Shown here one piece after another: positions 10,834 to 20,173 of a stretch of 64,000 bases of DNA; the first letter of the stretch is position 1; each line of letters begins with the position of its first letter. The position numbers and the translations under genes were made by a program. Source of the stretch: Alkalispirochaeta sp. (GTDB lineage: Bacteria > Spirochaetota > Spirochaetia > DSM-27196 > Alkalispirochaetaceae); assembly GCA_965242725.1 (NCBI GenBank), contig CBDESZ010000025.1:288001-352000 (forward strand), written 5' to 3'. The notes beneath the pieces were generated by a model. It searched no databases and was not told the DNA's origin. It worked only from the letters and a program-made list of their open reading frames with translations.

Positions 10834-10860
10834 AAAAAAAAAGGCGGCCTTTCGGCCGCC
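10834..10860 (-). terminator. Rho-independent terminator of the doeA-eutB-eutC operon
   Basis: Minus strand GGCGGCC-GAAA-GGCCGCC-TTTTTTTTT. Confidence 0.85.
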
Positions 10861-10880
10861 CCGTTGCGCATTATCGCCGG

Positions 10881-11867
10881 TCATGAAACGGTGATACCCA
10901 GATCCATTTCCTCCGCAATGGTAAAGGCGCGAATTGAGATCATCGTATCCTGAACTCCAACACCGGTCAGGTCGCACATGGTGATCTCCTTGTCGCTCTG
11001 CCGGCCGGGATGCTTCTTTCGCACCAGGCTGCCCAGTTCCACGATCGGACCGTCTTCCGAGATTGTCCCCGCTGCAAGGGCGGAACGAAGTTCACCCAGG
11101 CGGAAGACCTGGCTCTTGAGATCGCAGGCGAGAACATCGACCGCCCCCGGTACCGCCGCGTCCACTTCCTGTTTTTCTTCCGCGTCTGAACCCATCGTGG
11201 TGAGATGCAGTCCCGGATGGAGCCACTCGGCTTTGAGAAAGGGTTTTCGTGAGGGTGTCGTCGTTACCACGACGGAACTTTCTTTTACAACCTCTTCAAC
11301 CGAGGTTGCCTTGATCACTTTGACGCCAAGCTCCCGTTCCATATCACGGACATAGGCGTCCCGGACCTCGTCAGCGTCGAGGCTGAACATGCGGATCGTC
11401 TTGATCGGCCGTACAAGGGAGAGTGCCCGCATCTGAAATCGCGCCTGGACGCCTGCGCCGATTACCCCGGCGTGCTCGGTGTTGTCGGGGGCGAGATATT
11501 TCGCCGCCACTGCCCCTGCGGCGCCGGTCCGTACCTGGGTGAGATATCCGTTGTCCAGGAGCACCGCCTTCAGGAAGCCCGTTTCCGCATCGATGACGAG
11601 CATCTGTCCGCTCTGGGAGGGAAGACCCCTGTCAGGATTCTTGAAAAATCCCGAGGCGACTTTCACCGCCAGGTAGGGCAGTCCTTTAATATAAGCCGAT
11701 TTGATGTCGACTTCCGCCTCCAGATGGGGGACGGGAATCATCATTATCGGGGGGACCGTCGCGTTGCCGGCGTCGAGTTCTGCAAAGCCCCGTTCGACGT
11801 CCGCAACAGCGTCGAGATCCAGTTTTATCTGGGAAAGCAAGTCCTTCTCAGGAACGACACGTACCAT
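10881..11867 (-). CDS. eutC: Ornithine cyclodeaminase/mu-crystallin family, ectoine utilisation protein EutC
   Basis: EVDIKSAYI, VKVASGFFKNP, LLDNGYLTQVRTGAAG, GAGVQA, MGSDAEEKQE, CDLTGVGVQD; context with eutB and doeA. Confidence 0.85.
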   Translation of the reverse strand: MVRVVPEKDLLSQIKLDLDAVADVERGFAELDAGNATVPPIMMIPVPHLEAEVDIKSAYIKGLPYLAVKVASGFFKNPDRGLPSQSGQMLVIDAETGFLKAVLLDNGYLTQVRTGAAGAVAAKYLAPDNTEHAGVIGAGVQARFQMRALSLVRPIKTIRMFSLDADEVRDAYVRDMERELGVKVIKATSVEEVVKESSVVVTTTPSRKPFLKAEWLHPGLHLTTMGSDAEEKQEVDAAVPGAVDVLACDLKSQVFRLGELRSALAAGTISEDGPIVELGSLVRKKHPGRQSDKEITMCDLTGVGVQDTMISIRAFTIAEEMDLGITVS

Positions 11868-11877
11868 ATGATTCTCC

Positions 11878-12867
11878 TTATGTGCTCTTTGTGTTTATAC
11901 GGTTCACAACCGACAGATACTGGGTCAGATCGACACTGCTGCCGCTCACGACGATACCGACGGACTCGCCGGGGACCGATATTTTGCCGCTTTGCAGTGC
12001 GGCGATACCGACCGCCGCACTTCCTTCTATGACCAGGCTGTGTCGGGCGAGGGCATAGTACATTGCCCTCTCGATCTCCTCTTCTTCGATGAGGACGTGT
12101 TCATCCACGTTGTCCCTGATGAGGGGCAGTGTGTAACGGTTCTCCACACCGATTCCACCTAGAAGCGAGTCGGCAAGGGTGTCCTTTTCTTCAACTGCTA
12201 CGGGTTTGCCCGCCTTCAGGCTTTCAAGCATCGCCGGAGAGCGGGAAATGGAGACTCCGACCACGCGGATCCGCGGATTAATCAACTTGGCGGCGAGGGC
12301 GACGCCTGCAAGCAAACCGCCTCCCGACAGGGGAACGAGGAGGGTGTCAAGGTTGGGAATCTCCTCGAGCATTTCCAGACCGATCGTTCCCTGTCCGGCA
12401 ACGATAAAGGGATCGTCAAAGGGAACGACAGGGACCATGTTTCGCTCCGCCATGATGCGGAAATATTCCTCCTCCGCCTCATCCTGAGAATGACCCTTTA
12501 CGACAACCTCCGCGCCGAGACTGCGTATGAGCTCCACCCGATAGTACGGTACGTGCTCGGAGACGCACACGACGGCGGGTATACCCGTTTTCCCCGCGAC
12601 ATACGCCACCGCCTTCCCGTGGTTGCCGGTGGAAAAGGTGATAACCCCCCTCCGTTTCTCCTCCTCCGTGAGGGAGAGAATCCTGTTGGACGCGCCGCGC
12701 ACCTTGAAGGCGCCCGTGTTCTGAAGAGACTCGAGCTTGAGATGGACGGCCGCGGCGCCGGTCTCTTCCTGAAGGACGGGGGAGTCGATAAAGGGAGTCC
12801 GCCGCACGAGCCCGACGATTCGCCGGGCCGCCTCGAAAATATCGGTTAGGTGAAGTTCCACAGCCAT
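11878..12867 (-). CDS. eutB: PLP-dependent Ser/Thr dehydratase family, hydroxyectoine utilisation dehydratase EutB
   Basis: LKLESLQNTGAFKVRGA, STGNHG, PLSGGGL, TLADSLLGGIG; start at ATG 12867. Confidence 0.85.
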   Translation of the reverse strand: MAVELHLTDIFEAARRIVGLVRRTPFIDSPVLQEETGAAAVHLKLESLQNTGAFKVRGASNRILSLTEEEKRRGVITFSTGNHGKAVAYVAGKTGIPAVVCVSEHVPYYRVELIRSLGAEVVVKGHSQDEAEEEYFRIMAERNMVPVVPFDDPFIVAGQGTIGLEMLEEIPNLDTLLVPLSGGGLLAGVALAAKLINPRIRVVGVSISRSPAMLESLKAGKPVAVEEKDTLADSLLGGIGVENRYTLPLIRDNVDEHVLIEEEEIERAMYYALARHSLVIEGSAAVGIAALQSGKISVPGESVGIVVSGSSVDLTQYLSVVNRINTKST

Positions 12868-12871
12868 CGTC

Positions 12872-14047
12872 TTACTTGAGAATGAGCTTGATTGGAAAAT
12901 CAAAGAGTGGTTCGATTCCGGTTGACGTCACTCTGAAGGACGCATCGATCTCGAAACCGACCTCTTTGTACCAGATTCCGGGAATTAGATGGAGCGCCAT
13001 ATTCTCCTGAATAACCGTCTTGTCGCCGGGACGCACGCTGATCGTCTGTTCGCCCCAGTCCGGAGGATAGTTGACGCCGATGGAGTAACCGAGGCGTGAC
13101 TCCTTGACCACCTTGGAATGGGAAATGGCTTTGCGCCACCGTTCCTCGATCTGTTCCGACGTGACCCCGGGCTTGATGAAATCGAGGGTCTGTTCCAGTC
13201 CGTCGATGACGACATCGGCGGTTTCCTTCATGAGAGCCGGCGGATTGGATCCGAGAAATATGGTTCGTGCGATGGGTGAGTGGTAGTGGCGGTAGACACC
13301 GGCCAGTTCAAGAAGGACCGCTTCATCCTTTTGATAGGTCTTTTCCGTCCAGGTGAGATGAGGCGTAGACGCCGCTTCACCGGCCATCATGAGAGGAACG
13401 ATGGCGGGGTAGTCGCCGGCGTATTCCTCGGTACCCTTGTACTGGGCGTAGGCGATTGCTGCTGCGGCGTCACATTCCCGGACGCCCACGTCGATCGTGT
13501 CCACCGCCGTCTGCATGACCCGCTCGGCGATCTTGCCGGCACGCTTCAGAAAGGTGATCTCCGCTTCCGACTTGACGACCCGTACCCAGTTCACCAGCGT
13601 ATTGGCATCCTTGAAGGTTGCATTCGGCAGCGACCGTTCGAGTTCGACATAATTGCGATGGGTAAAGTAGAACTGGTCCATTTCCACACCGATCGTACCC
13701 TTGTCCCAGCCCTTTTCCTTGATTACATCCGCGACAAAATGCATGGGATGCTTCACCAGTGACTGGACGTAGTCATCGGCATACTCCCGAATATTGTCCT
13801 CGGAAAGGCTGGTGGTAAGACGCGCTCCGTTTGCGTCCATTCCACGACCAAGCCACATCGGTTCTTCCTGATTCAGTGATACGAGAACAACCTGGTGAAC
13901 GTAAAAACTCCAACCGTCATATCCGGTCAGGTAGTTCATATTGGCGGGCTGGCTGATGACGAGCAGGTCGATACCCTTTTCCTGCATCGATCGCTTCGTC
14001 TTCGTGACCCGATCCTTGTACTCGCGTGCGTCAAATACTGCCGGCAT
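12872..14047 (-). CDS. doeA: Ectoine hydrolase DoeA/EutD (M24 fold), copy 1
   Basis: PANMNYLTGYDGWSFYVHQ, YVQS...HPM, LVNWVRVVKSEAEI, PHLTW, ELAG, SRLGYSIGVNYPPDWGE. Confidence 0.9.
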   Translation of the reverse strand: MPAVFDAREYKDRVTKTKRSMQEKGIDLLVISQPANMNYLTGYDGWSFYVHQVVLVSLNQEEPMWLGRGMDANGARLTTSLSEDNIREYADDYVQSLVKHPMHFVADVIKEKGWDKGTIGVEMDQFYFTHRNYVELERSLPNATFKDANTLVNWVRVVKSEAEITFLKRAGKIAERVMQTAVDTIDVGVRECDAAAAIAYAQYKGTEEYAGDYPAIVPLMMAGEAASTPHLTWTEKTYQKDEAVLLELAGVYRHYHSPIARTIFLGSNPPALMKETADVVIDGLEQTLDFIKPGVTSEQIEERWRKAISHSKVVKESRLGYSIGVNYPPDWGEQTISVRPGDKTVIQENMALHLIPGIWYKEVGFEIDASFRVTSTGIEPLFDFPIKLILK

Positions 14048-14076
14048 AGCGCCTCCTCCGTGTTTGTCTGTAACTA

Positions 14077-14880
14077 TTACGTTTCTCTTCGTCCCAATTG
14101 TTGTGATATGGAACGAGTTGTATCCAATAATGCGTCAATGAGGCGATCCAGTTTTTCCGGGGTCGCCCGAATCGATGGTCCGGAAATGCTCAGATTTGCG
14201 ACGACCTTTCCTCGGTAATCGAAAATCGGCGATGAGTAGCTGTTGAGATCGTCACTGAACTCACGAATTTCCGTCGAGTAACCGCGGCGTCGAACCTCAT
14301 CGAGCTCGTGACGCATCGCGTCGACGTCCGTGATGGTATTGGCGGTTCGCCGTTCCATGTCCCCCTCGGTGAGAATGCGTACAGCCTCCTCCCAGGGTAT
14401 ATAGGCAAGAAAGTTTTTTCCCGACGCACAGGTGTGTATGGGATAGGTGTATGTGACGTCCGGATTCAGGGAGAGCGGATTATTGCTCTTGATTTCCTCT
14501 ATGGCGATGACCATGCGTCCGTACAGGACGGTGAGATAGATATTCTCGTTTGCGATGCGTCCAAGGTCAACCATGAGCGGTTTGGCGATCTCCCGCAAAT
14601 CCTGGCTCATGGGAACACGGCTGCCCAGTTTGAAAACGGAAAAGCTGAGTCGATACCCTTTTCGCGGGTCTTTGGTGACGTATCCAATCTCCATGAGTGT
14701 CGCGAGGAGACGGTGGACGTTTGTGCGGGTCAGACCGAGCCGTTCCGAGATGAACGACGGCTTCACCGGCTGATTGTTGCTTATGAACTCCAGCAGGTTG
14801 AACGCCTTCAGCACGGTGGTGGAAGGAGTGTAGTGACTAGTATTACTATTTGAACCGTCGTTAGTATGTTGCAACACCAC
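14077..14880 (-). CDS. IclR-family regulator 1
   Basis: N-terminal HTH (VLKAF...LGLTRTNVHRLLATL), HTCASGK, GYS, SISGP; start probably GTG 14880 or 14877 because TTG 14913 is the -35 box. Confidence 0.9.
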   Translation of the reverse strand: MVLQHTNDGSNSNTSHYTPSTTVLKAFNLLEFISNNQPVKPSFISERLGLTRTNVHRLLATLMEIGYVTKDPRKGYRLSFSVFKLGSRVPMSQDLREIAKPLMVDLGRIANENIYLTVLYGRMVIAIEEIKSNNPLSLNPDVTYTYPIHTCASGKNFLAYIPWEEAVRILTEGDMERRTANTITDVDAMRHELDEVRRRGYSTEIREFSDDLNSYSSPIFDYRGKVVANLSISGPSIRATPEKLDRLIDALLDTTRSISQQLGRRET

Positions 14881-14913
14881 CTGAATTGTGGCGTAGCGTT
14901 GACGGTTTGTCAA
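14839..14913 (-). promoter_or_regulatory. iclR1-doeA-eutB-eutC promoter plus tandem operator
   Basis: TTGACA(14913-14908)-17 nt-CACAAT(14890-14885), then TGTTGCAACATACTAACG-ac-GGTTCAAATAGTAATACT (14876-14839). Confidence 0.7.
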
Positions 14914-14941
14914 GAAAAAGGTTGATCCTCGGAGGTGCGGA

Positions 14942-15730
14942 TTATCCCTTTCCGAGACGGGCGAGACGGATGTTTTCCTCCACTTTTTGAGCCACCTCTT
15001 TCAGGCGCGGGAGGAGATCATCGATCATCGTAAAGGTAAGGCGATCGACCGGTCCTGAAACGCTGATTCCCGATACGGATATGTCTTCATGGCCATGTAT
15101 TGGTACGGCGAAACAGCGGACCTCCATCGCGAGCTCCTGCCGGTCGACGGCGTATCCCATTCTGCGAACATCGTCAATCTCCTTTTTCAGGCCGTCCGGG
15201 GTCACGATCGTGTTCGGCGTATACGGGGTGAGGGCGATGCGGTGAATCACGCTGTCGAGTTCCTCGTCGTCAAGTTCCGCAAGAAGTACCTTCCCGACGG
15301 AGGTGCAGTGCAACGGTTCCGTCTCGCCGACTGAGCGGTCTAACTGCAAATAGGTGGAAGGAGTCGCCTTGTCGACGTAAAGAACCTGATCTTCAAAGTT
15401 GATTCCGTGGTTGACCGTCAGCTCCGTATCATGGGAGAGCTCCAACAGTTCCCTGCGCGCCGTGTCGATGAGATCATAGCTGTGGGGTACCGAATTGCCG
15501 ACTTCGAAAAGATGAAAGGTGAGACGGTATCCTCCGTCGGCATACTTGTCGACGTAGTTGAGGATTTCAAGGGTGTACAGCATGCGATGAACCGTCGACC
15601 GGTTGAGATCCAGCTCATGGGCGAGATCCCGGGGATACACTTTGCCGTGTTCGGCGATGTACTCCAGAATCTGTGCGGCGGTGACGACGGTACTCGCGAC
15701 ATTGTTCTGCGTTTCTTGGTGGAGACTCAT
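14942..15730 (-). CDS. IclR-family regulator 2
   Basis: HTH (LDLNRSTVHRMLYTL), PLHCTSVGKVLLA, GYAVDRQE, ISVSGP; TTGATA-17-TAAGCT promoter just upstream of ATG 15730. Confidence 0.9.
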   Translation of the reverse strand: MSLHQETQNNVASTVVTAAQILEYIAEHGKVYPRDLAHELDLNRSTVHRMLYTLEILNYVDKYADGGYRLTFHLFEVGNSVPHSYDLIDTARRELLELSHDTELTVNHGINFEDQVLYVDKATPSTYLQLDRSVGETEPLHCTSVGKVLLAELDDEELDSVIHRIALTPYTPNTIVTPDGLKKEIDDVRRMGYAVDRQELAMEVRCFAVPIHGHEDISVSGISVSGPVDRLTFTMIDDLLPRLKEVAQKVEENIRLARLGKG

Positions 15731-15772
15731 GACACATAAGAGCTTAAACGAGGGGGTTCCCGGTATCAAGGT

Positions 15773-16981
15773 ATGTTACTATCGGGAATGGCTCATACAT
15801 CACATATGGAGAAAGGAATCGCCTTTCGCCACGCTCTTCCAACTGTCATCTTTGTCGTTTCGGTTTCCATCCTCTTTTTTATCGGTCGTTCCGCCTTTGC
15901 ACCGCTGCTGCTGGATGTGGAGGATACCTTTCACGTCGGTCACGCCCGGTCGTCACGGCTGATGCTGACGTTGACTCTTGGGTACTCCCTGTCCATGTTT
16001 TTTTCAGGCGTGGTTTCACAGCGCGTCACCCATCGGCGGCTCATACCCCTTTCTGCGGGCCTCGGCGCTGCGGGCATGCTCGTTCTCGCGACGGCACCTG
16101 ACATGATCTTCATGAATGCGGGTCTCATCGTCTTCGGAATCGGCTTCGGTCTCTTCGTTCCTTCGGCGATCAGCGTGATAACGACGGCGGTGGATCGCCG
16201 TGACTGGCAGCGCGCCTTTTCAATCAATGAAATGAGCCCCCATATCGGAATGATACTCGCGCCGCTCATTGTAGCCGCGTCCAGGCCGGTATTGTCCTGG
16301 CGATGGATGTTTGGTCTGGTAAGTCTCTCTCTGGTCGCGGGGGCCCTCCTTTTTGCCGTTCGGGTCCGTGACGGCGACGCCCACGGTCGTGCCCCGAACC
16401 TCGCTGTTCTGGTGCAGCTGGTTCGTCGGAAAGAGTTCTGGGTCCTTATCGTCTTTTTCGCCCTCTCCCTCGCCGGAACGGACGGTGTGTACCTCCTCAT
16501 ACCGGCATTTCTCGTGACCGAAGGCGGGGTCAACCCCCGACTGGCAAATACCGTCTTCGGGATTTCCCGGTTCATGCCGCTGGTGACACTCCTAGCGGCG
16601 GCGTTTTTCGTCGATCGCATCAGGCCGAGGGTACTCATGGCTTTTGCCCTCGCCGGACAGGGACTGGCACTCGTCTTGCTCGGCACCTTCACCGGATGGG
16701 GACGACTATTGGTTGTATTTCTGCAACCCGCAATCGGGGCGCTCTACTTTCCGGCCGGATTTGCCGCATTGTCGTCCCTCATGCCGCCGGAATCACGGAA
16801 TGTGGGAGTGTCTATGACTCTTCCCACCGCCGTTTTTCTCGGGGTGGGGGTGATTCCCTCAGTCGTCGGTTACATGGGTGAATATTTCACCTTTGCCGGC
16901 GGATTCATCGGTCTCGGAGGGATTATGGCGGCGGTCAGCGTCCTCTCATTTACCGGCAGATTCACTCGCGACCGTGGATAG
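15773..16981 (+). CDS. MFS transporter
   Basis: About 12 hydrophobic segments, RSAFAPLL, motif-A-like GVVSQRVTHRR and VDRIRPR; start uncertain (15773, 15788 or 15806). Confidence 0.85.
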   Translation: MLLSGMAHTSHMEKGIAFRHALPTVIFVVSVSILFFIGRSAFAPLLLDVEDTFHVGHARSSRLMLTLTLGYSLSMFFSGVVSQRVTHRRLIPLSAGLGAAGMLVLATAPDMIFMNAGLIVFGIGFGLFVPSAISVITTAVDRRDWQRAFSINEMSPHIGMILAPLIVAASRPVLSWRWMFGLVSLSLVAGALLFAVRVRDGDAHGRAPNLAVLVQLVRRKEFWVLIVFFALSLAGTDGVYLLIPAFLVTEGGVNPRLANTVFGISRFMPLVTLLAAAFFVDRIRPRVLMAFALAGQGLALVLLGTFTGWGRLLVVFLQPAIGALYFPAGFAALSSLMPPESRNVGVSMTLPTAVFLGVGVIPSVVGYMGEYFTFAGGFIGLGGIMAAVSVLSFTGRFTRDRG

Positions 16982-17759
16982 TTTCACCGATATGCCCCAT
17001 CGTCATTGAAAGTCCCTGTGCCTCCGCAAGAATGCGGGGAGCCACGTCATTGAGTACGTCCGGGGTCAGGATCATGACCGGTCCGATTACCGAGAGGGAT
17101 GCGATAAAATTCCCGTCGTGATTTCTAACCGCTGCGGCGATCCCGTTGATATAGGGGCTGTGTTCTCCAAGCTCAAGGGAGTATCCCCGTCTGCGGGTAA
17201 TGAGGATCTCCCGTTCCAGCGCTTCCGCGTCCCCGATTGAATGCTTCGTCGGGGTGTGGAAGGCCATGTTTCGATAGAGCTCTTGTCGTTGTTCCTCCGG
17301 GAGGGTGGATAGGTAGAGCTTCCCCGATGCCGTGCTGTTGAGGTCATAGGTGACGGCGAAGTCATTGGCTACCTGAATATCGGCCGGGGGGATCACCCGT
17401 TCGAGGTTGACCATTTTATTGTCCGCCGGCGCGGTCAGATAGACGTTGGCCTGCATGTCCAGGGCGATCCGCTCCATAACGGGGCGAGCCGCCGCAGCGA
17501 TGTCCCGTGTGAGCGGTACCGTATTTCCAAGAGAGTGGAGCTTGAAGGTGAGGCTGAAGGCGTTCTCGTGCTTTTCCACATACCCGAGATACTCCAGACT
17601 GGCGAGGAGGCTGTGCACATTTCCCTTGCTCAGCTGCAGACGTCTGATGATTTCAGGCGTCCCGATCGGCTGATGCTCGGCGATGCATTCCAGAATTCCA
17701 AATGCCTTTGTCAGCGTCGTTGATATGATGTAGCTGCGCTGTCTTTCCGGTCTGCCCAT
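16962..17759 (-). CDS. IclR-family regulator 3
   Basis: TLTKAFGILE, LSKGNVHSLLASL, STASGKLYL, RGYSLE; divergent from the 17870 operon. Confidence 0.9.
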   Translation of the reverse strand: MGRPERQRSYIISTTLTKAFGILECIAEHQPIGTPEIIRRLQLSKGNVHSLLASLEYLGYVEKHENAFSLTFKLHSLGNTVPLTRDIAAAARPVMERIALDMQANVYLTAPADNKMVNLERVIPPADIQVANDFAVTYDLNSTASGKLYLSTLPEEQRQELYRNMAFHTPTKHSIGDAEALEREILITRRRGYSLELGEHSPYINGIAAAVRNHDGNFIASLSVIGPVMILTPDVLNDVAPRILAEAQGLSMTMGHIGETIHGRE

Positions 17760-17773
17760 TATAAAACCTTCCA

Positions 17774-17848
17774 TTGACGATTTGCCGGTTCAGTCTTACT
17801 ATACAGTAGTGGTTTATATGGTAGAACATAAGTCTAAATATGTAAACC
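17774..17848. promoter_or_regulatory. Face-to-face promoters with a variant tandem operator
   Basis: Plus strand TTGACG(17774)-17-TACTAT(17797); minus strand TTTACA(17846)-17-TACCAT(17823); boxes GGTTTATATGGTAGAACA-ta-AGTCTAAATATGTAAACC (17811-17848). Confidence 0.65.
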
Positions 17849-17869
17849 AATTCTTTTACGCAGGTATAT

Positions 17870-19129
17870 ATGGTTCGGATTGAACGCCTTCTTCGCGATA
17901 TCGAAGAGATGGGAAAGATCGGTGCCCTGCCGGGCGGCGGCAATTCCCGGCCGGCAATGTCTTCGGAAGACCTCGCCGGTCGGGAGTATTTGATTTCTGC
18001 AATGGAAGAGGCGGGTATGGTCACGTGGACCGATCCGGCCGGGAATGTCTGCGGACGCCGCGAGGCGGACTCTCCCGTCGCGGGAGATGAACGGGCTATT
18101 CTCCTCTGCTCACACATTGACACCGTTCCTGCCGGCGGACGATACGACGGCGTGGTGGGCGTCTTCGGAGCCCTTGAGTGCGTCCGGAGCCTCAATGAAT
18201 CGGGTGTTCAATTGAACCGGCCGGTGGAGATCGTCGCCTTCAACGATGAGGAAGAGCGTTTTCTCGGCTTCCTGGGCAGCTATGCCGTCACGGGCAGGCT
18301 CTCCGCCGAGGACATCGCGGGTGTCACCGACCACGACGGGGTCGGGCTCGTTGAAACGATGCGCGCCATCGGTCTTCATCCCGACCGGGTGGCCGGCGCC
18401 CGAAGGGAACGGGGCAGCATCGCGGCATGTCTGGAGGTCCATATAGAACAGGGCCCCGTACTGGATCGCATGAACATACCCGTTGGCGTTGTCAGAGGCG
18501 TGAAGGGTGACTACCGCCGGCGCATCACGTTCAGGGGTCGCCCGGACCACGCAGGTGCACCAAAGGGTGGCCGCCGGGATGCCTTCATGGCCTTTCACTG
18601 GTTTATTTCCCGCATAATCACCCTCATCGACATCAGCGGCAACGACGAGACGACCTGCACCGTCGGGCGGCTTCGGGTGGAGCCCAATGTAGAAACGATT
18701 CAGCCCGGCCTCGTTGAAGCGGCTGTAGACGTGCGCTCTCCCGACGGGGCATTTCTCAGGAAAGTGGAGCGGGAAATGCGTGCAGTGGGAACGGAAATCG
18801 GGGAAATGCATGGTGTTACCTTCACGATAGAACCGATTCTGACGGAGGATCCCGTCCTGTTCGACGATGTGGTGGTAAATACGCTGAAGGATGCCGCCCG
18901 ATCGCTTGAATACCCCTTTCACGAGATGTTCAGCGGTGCGGGCCACGACGCCCAGGTTCTGGCCGCTGCCTTTCCGACGGGGATGCTCTTCATCCCCAGC
19001 GTGGACGGGCGCAGCCATTGTCCGGAGGAGTACACGGAGCCCGGGGATATTGAAAAAGGGATACACGTGCTGTACCACGCCGTAATGCGGTTGGGAACAC
19101 AAACAGAAAACCAAGGAGCTTATCTATGA
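17870..19129 (+). CDS. Zn-dependent M20 hydrolase, N-carbamoyl-L-amino-acid/allantoate amidohydrolase family
   Basis: SHIDTVPAGGRYDG, NDEEE, EVHIEQGPVL, GRPDHAG, SGAGHDAQ, SHCPEE. Confidence 0.9.
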   Translation: MVRIERLLRDIEEMGKIGALPGGGNSRPAMSSEDLAGREYLISAMEEAGMVTWTDPAGNVCGRREADSPVAGDERAILLCSHIDTVPAGGRYDGVVGVFGALECVRSLNESGVQLNRPVEIVAFNDEEERFLGFLGSYAVTGRLSAEDIAGVTDHDGVGLVETMRAIGLHPDRVAGARRERGSIAACLEVHIEQGPVLDRMNIPVGVVRGVKGDYRRRITFRGRPDHAGAPKGGRRDAFMAFHWFISRIITLIDISGNDETTCTVGRLRVEPNVETIQPGLVEAAVDVRSPDGAFLRKVEREMRAVGTEIGEMHGVTFTIEPILTEDPVLFDDVVVNTLKDAARSLEYPFHEMFSGAGHDAQVLAAAFPTGMLFIPSVDGRSHCPEEYTEPGDIEKGIHVLYHAVMRLGTQTENQGAYL

Positions 19130-20112
19130 AACTTCCGAAAGACGTGGAAGCGCTGTTGCTGGATTCACCCAGGCCGGGAACCTGGGTGCCCGATGAATAC
19201 GACGTAAGCCTGGCGGATATCATGGTCGATTGGCGTACCGCCGACGCGGCGGATGTGGGAATACTGGGCATTCCCTTCGACACCGCCGTCAGCGGACGCC
19301 GGGGTTGCCGATTCGGACCGGACAGCGTCCGGAATGCCCTCGTATTTTCGGATGTATATGAGCCGGGTATCGATGTCGATCTGTCCGAGGATTTCAGTGT
19401 TACCGACTTCGGAAATGTGGACGTCCTCTTTACCGACGTCCTCGGCACCCATGAGCGTGTGGAATCGGTGGTAACCGAAATCGTGAAACTTGGAATTACG
19501 CCGGTCATGATCGGCGGGGATCACTCCCTCGCCTATCCGGATGTGAAGGGACTCATGAACGGCGTTACCGGCAAGGTGGGAGTCATAAACATCGACGGGC
19601 ACCTTGATGTCCGCCACTCCCACCACGGAGAGGTTTCCAGTGGGACGCCCTTTCGCAGACTCATGGAGGACTCCGATACCCCCCTTGATCCGAAAAATTT
19701 CGTGGAATTCGGTATCAACACGTGGCTGAACTCCCGTTATTACCGTGACTACTGCCGGGACATGGGCGTTACCGTCATCACCGCCAGGGACATTCATTTG
19801 AACGGCATCGTTCCGACCATAGAAGAGGCGATTTCAATTGCAACGGACGGCGTTGATGCACTCTTTCTCAGTTTTGACATCGACGCGATCGACCTCGCCC
19901 ACGTTCCGGGAACAAACGCCCCCAACGCCGGAGGTCTCACGTCGTTTCAGGCGCTTGAGTCGGTCTGGCGGGTGGGACAACACCCCAAATGCCGTGCAAT
20001 GGACATGGTGGAGGTCGCCCCATCGCTGGATGCCGCCAACGTGAGCTCAATCATGGGCGCCGCCCTGATCATGCAGTTCATGGGTGCGACGAAGGTGCGT
20101 CTGAAAGGCTGA
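19126..20112 (+). CDS. Ureohydrolase (agmatinase/formimidoylglutamase family)
   Basis: GIPFD, GGDHS, NIDGHLDVR, SSGTPFR, SFDIDAID...PGT, DMVEVAP; ATGA overlap with upstream gene. Confidence 0.9.
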   Translation: MKLPKDVEALLLDSPRPGTWVPDEYDVSLADIMVDWRTADAADVGILGIPFDTAVSGRRGCRFGPDSVRNALVFSDVYEPGIDVDLSEDFSVTDFGNVDVLFTDVLGTHERVESVVTEIVKLGITPVMIGGDHSLAYPDVKGLMNGVTGKVGVINIDGHLDVRHSHHGEVSSGTPFRRLMEDSDTPLDPKNFVEFGINTWLNSRYYRDYCRDMGVTVITARDIHLNGIVPTIEEAISIATDGVDALFLSFDIDAIDLAHVPGTNAPNAGGLTSFQALESVWRVGQHPKCRAMDMVEVAPSLDAANVSSIMGAALIMQFMGATKVRLKG

Positions 20113-20173
20113 GGGGTGAAAAGTTTTTATAAAATGATTTGCCATAACACGACGTTCCCCCCATAATCGAGCC

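Noticed and set aside
19126..20112. Histidine utilisation (hutG) assignment
   Set aside because: Family motifs only; no hutH, hutU or hutI nearby, so the substrate was left open
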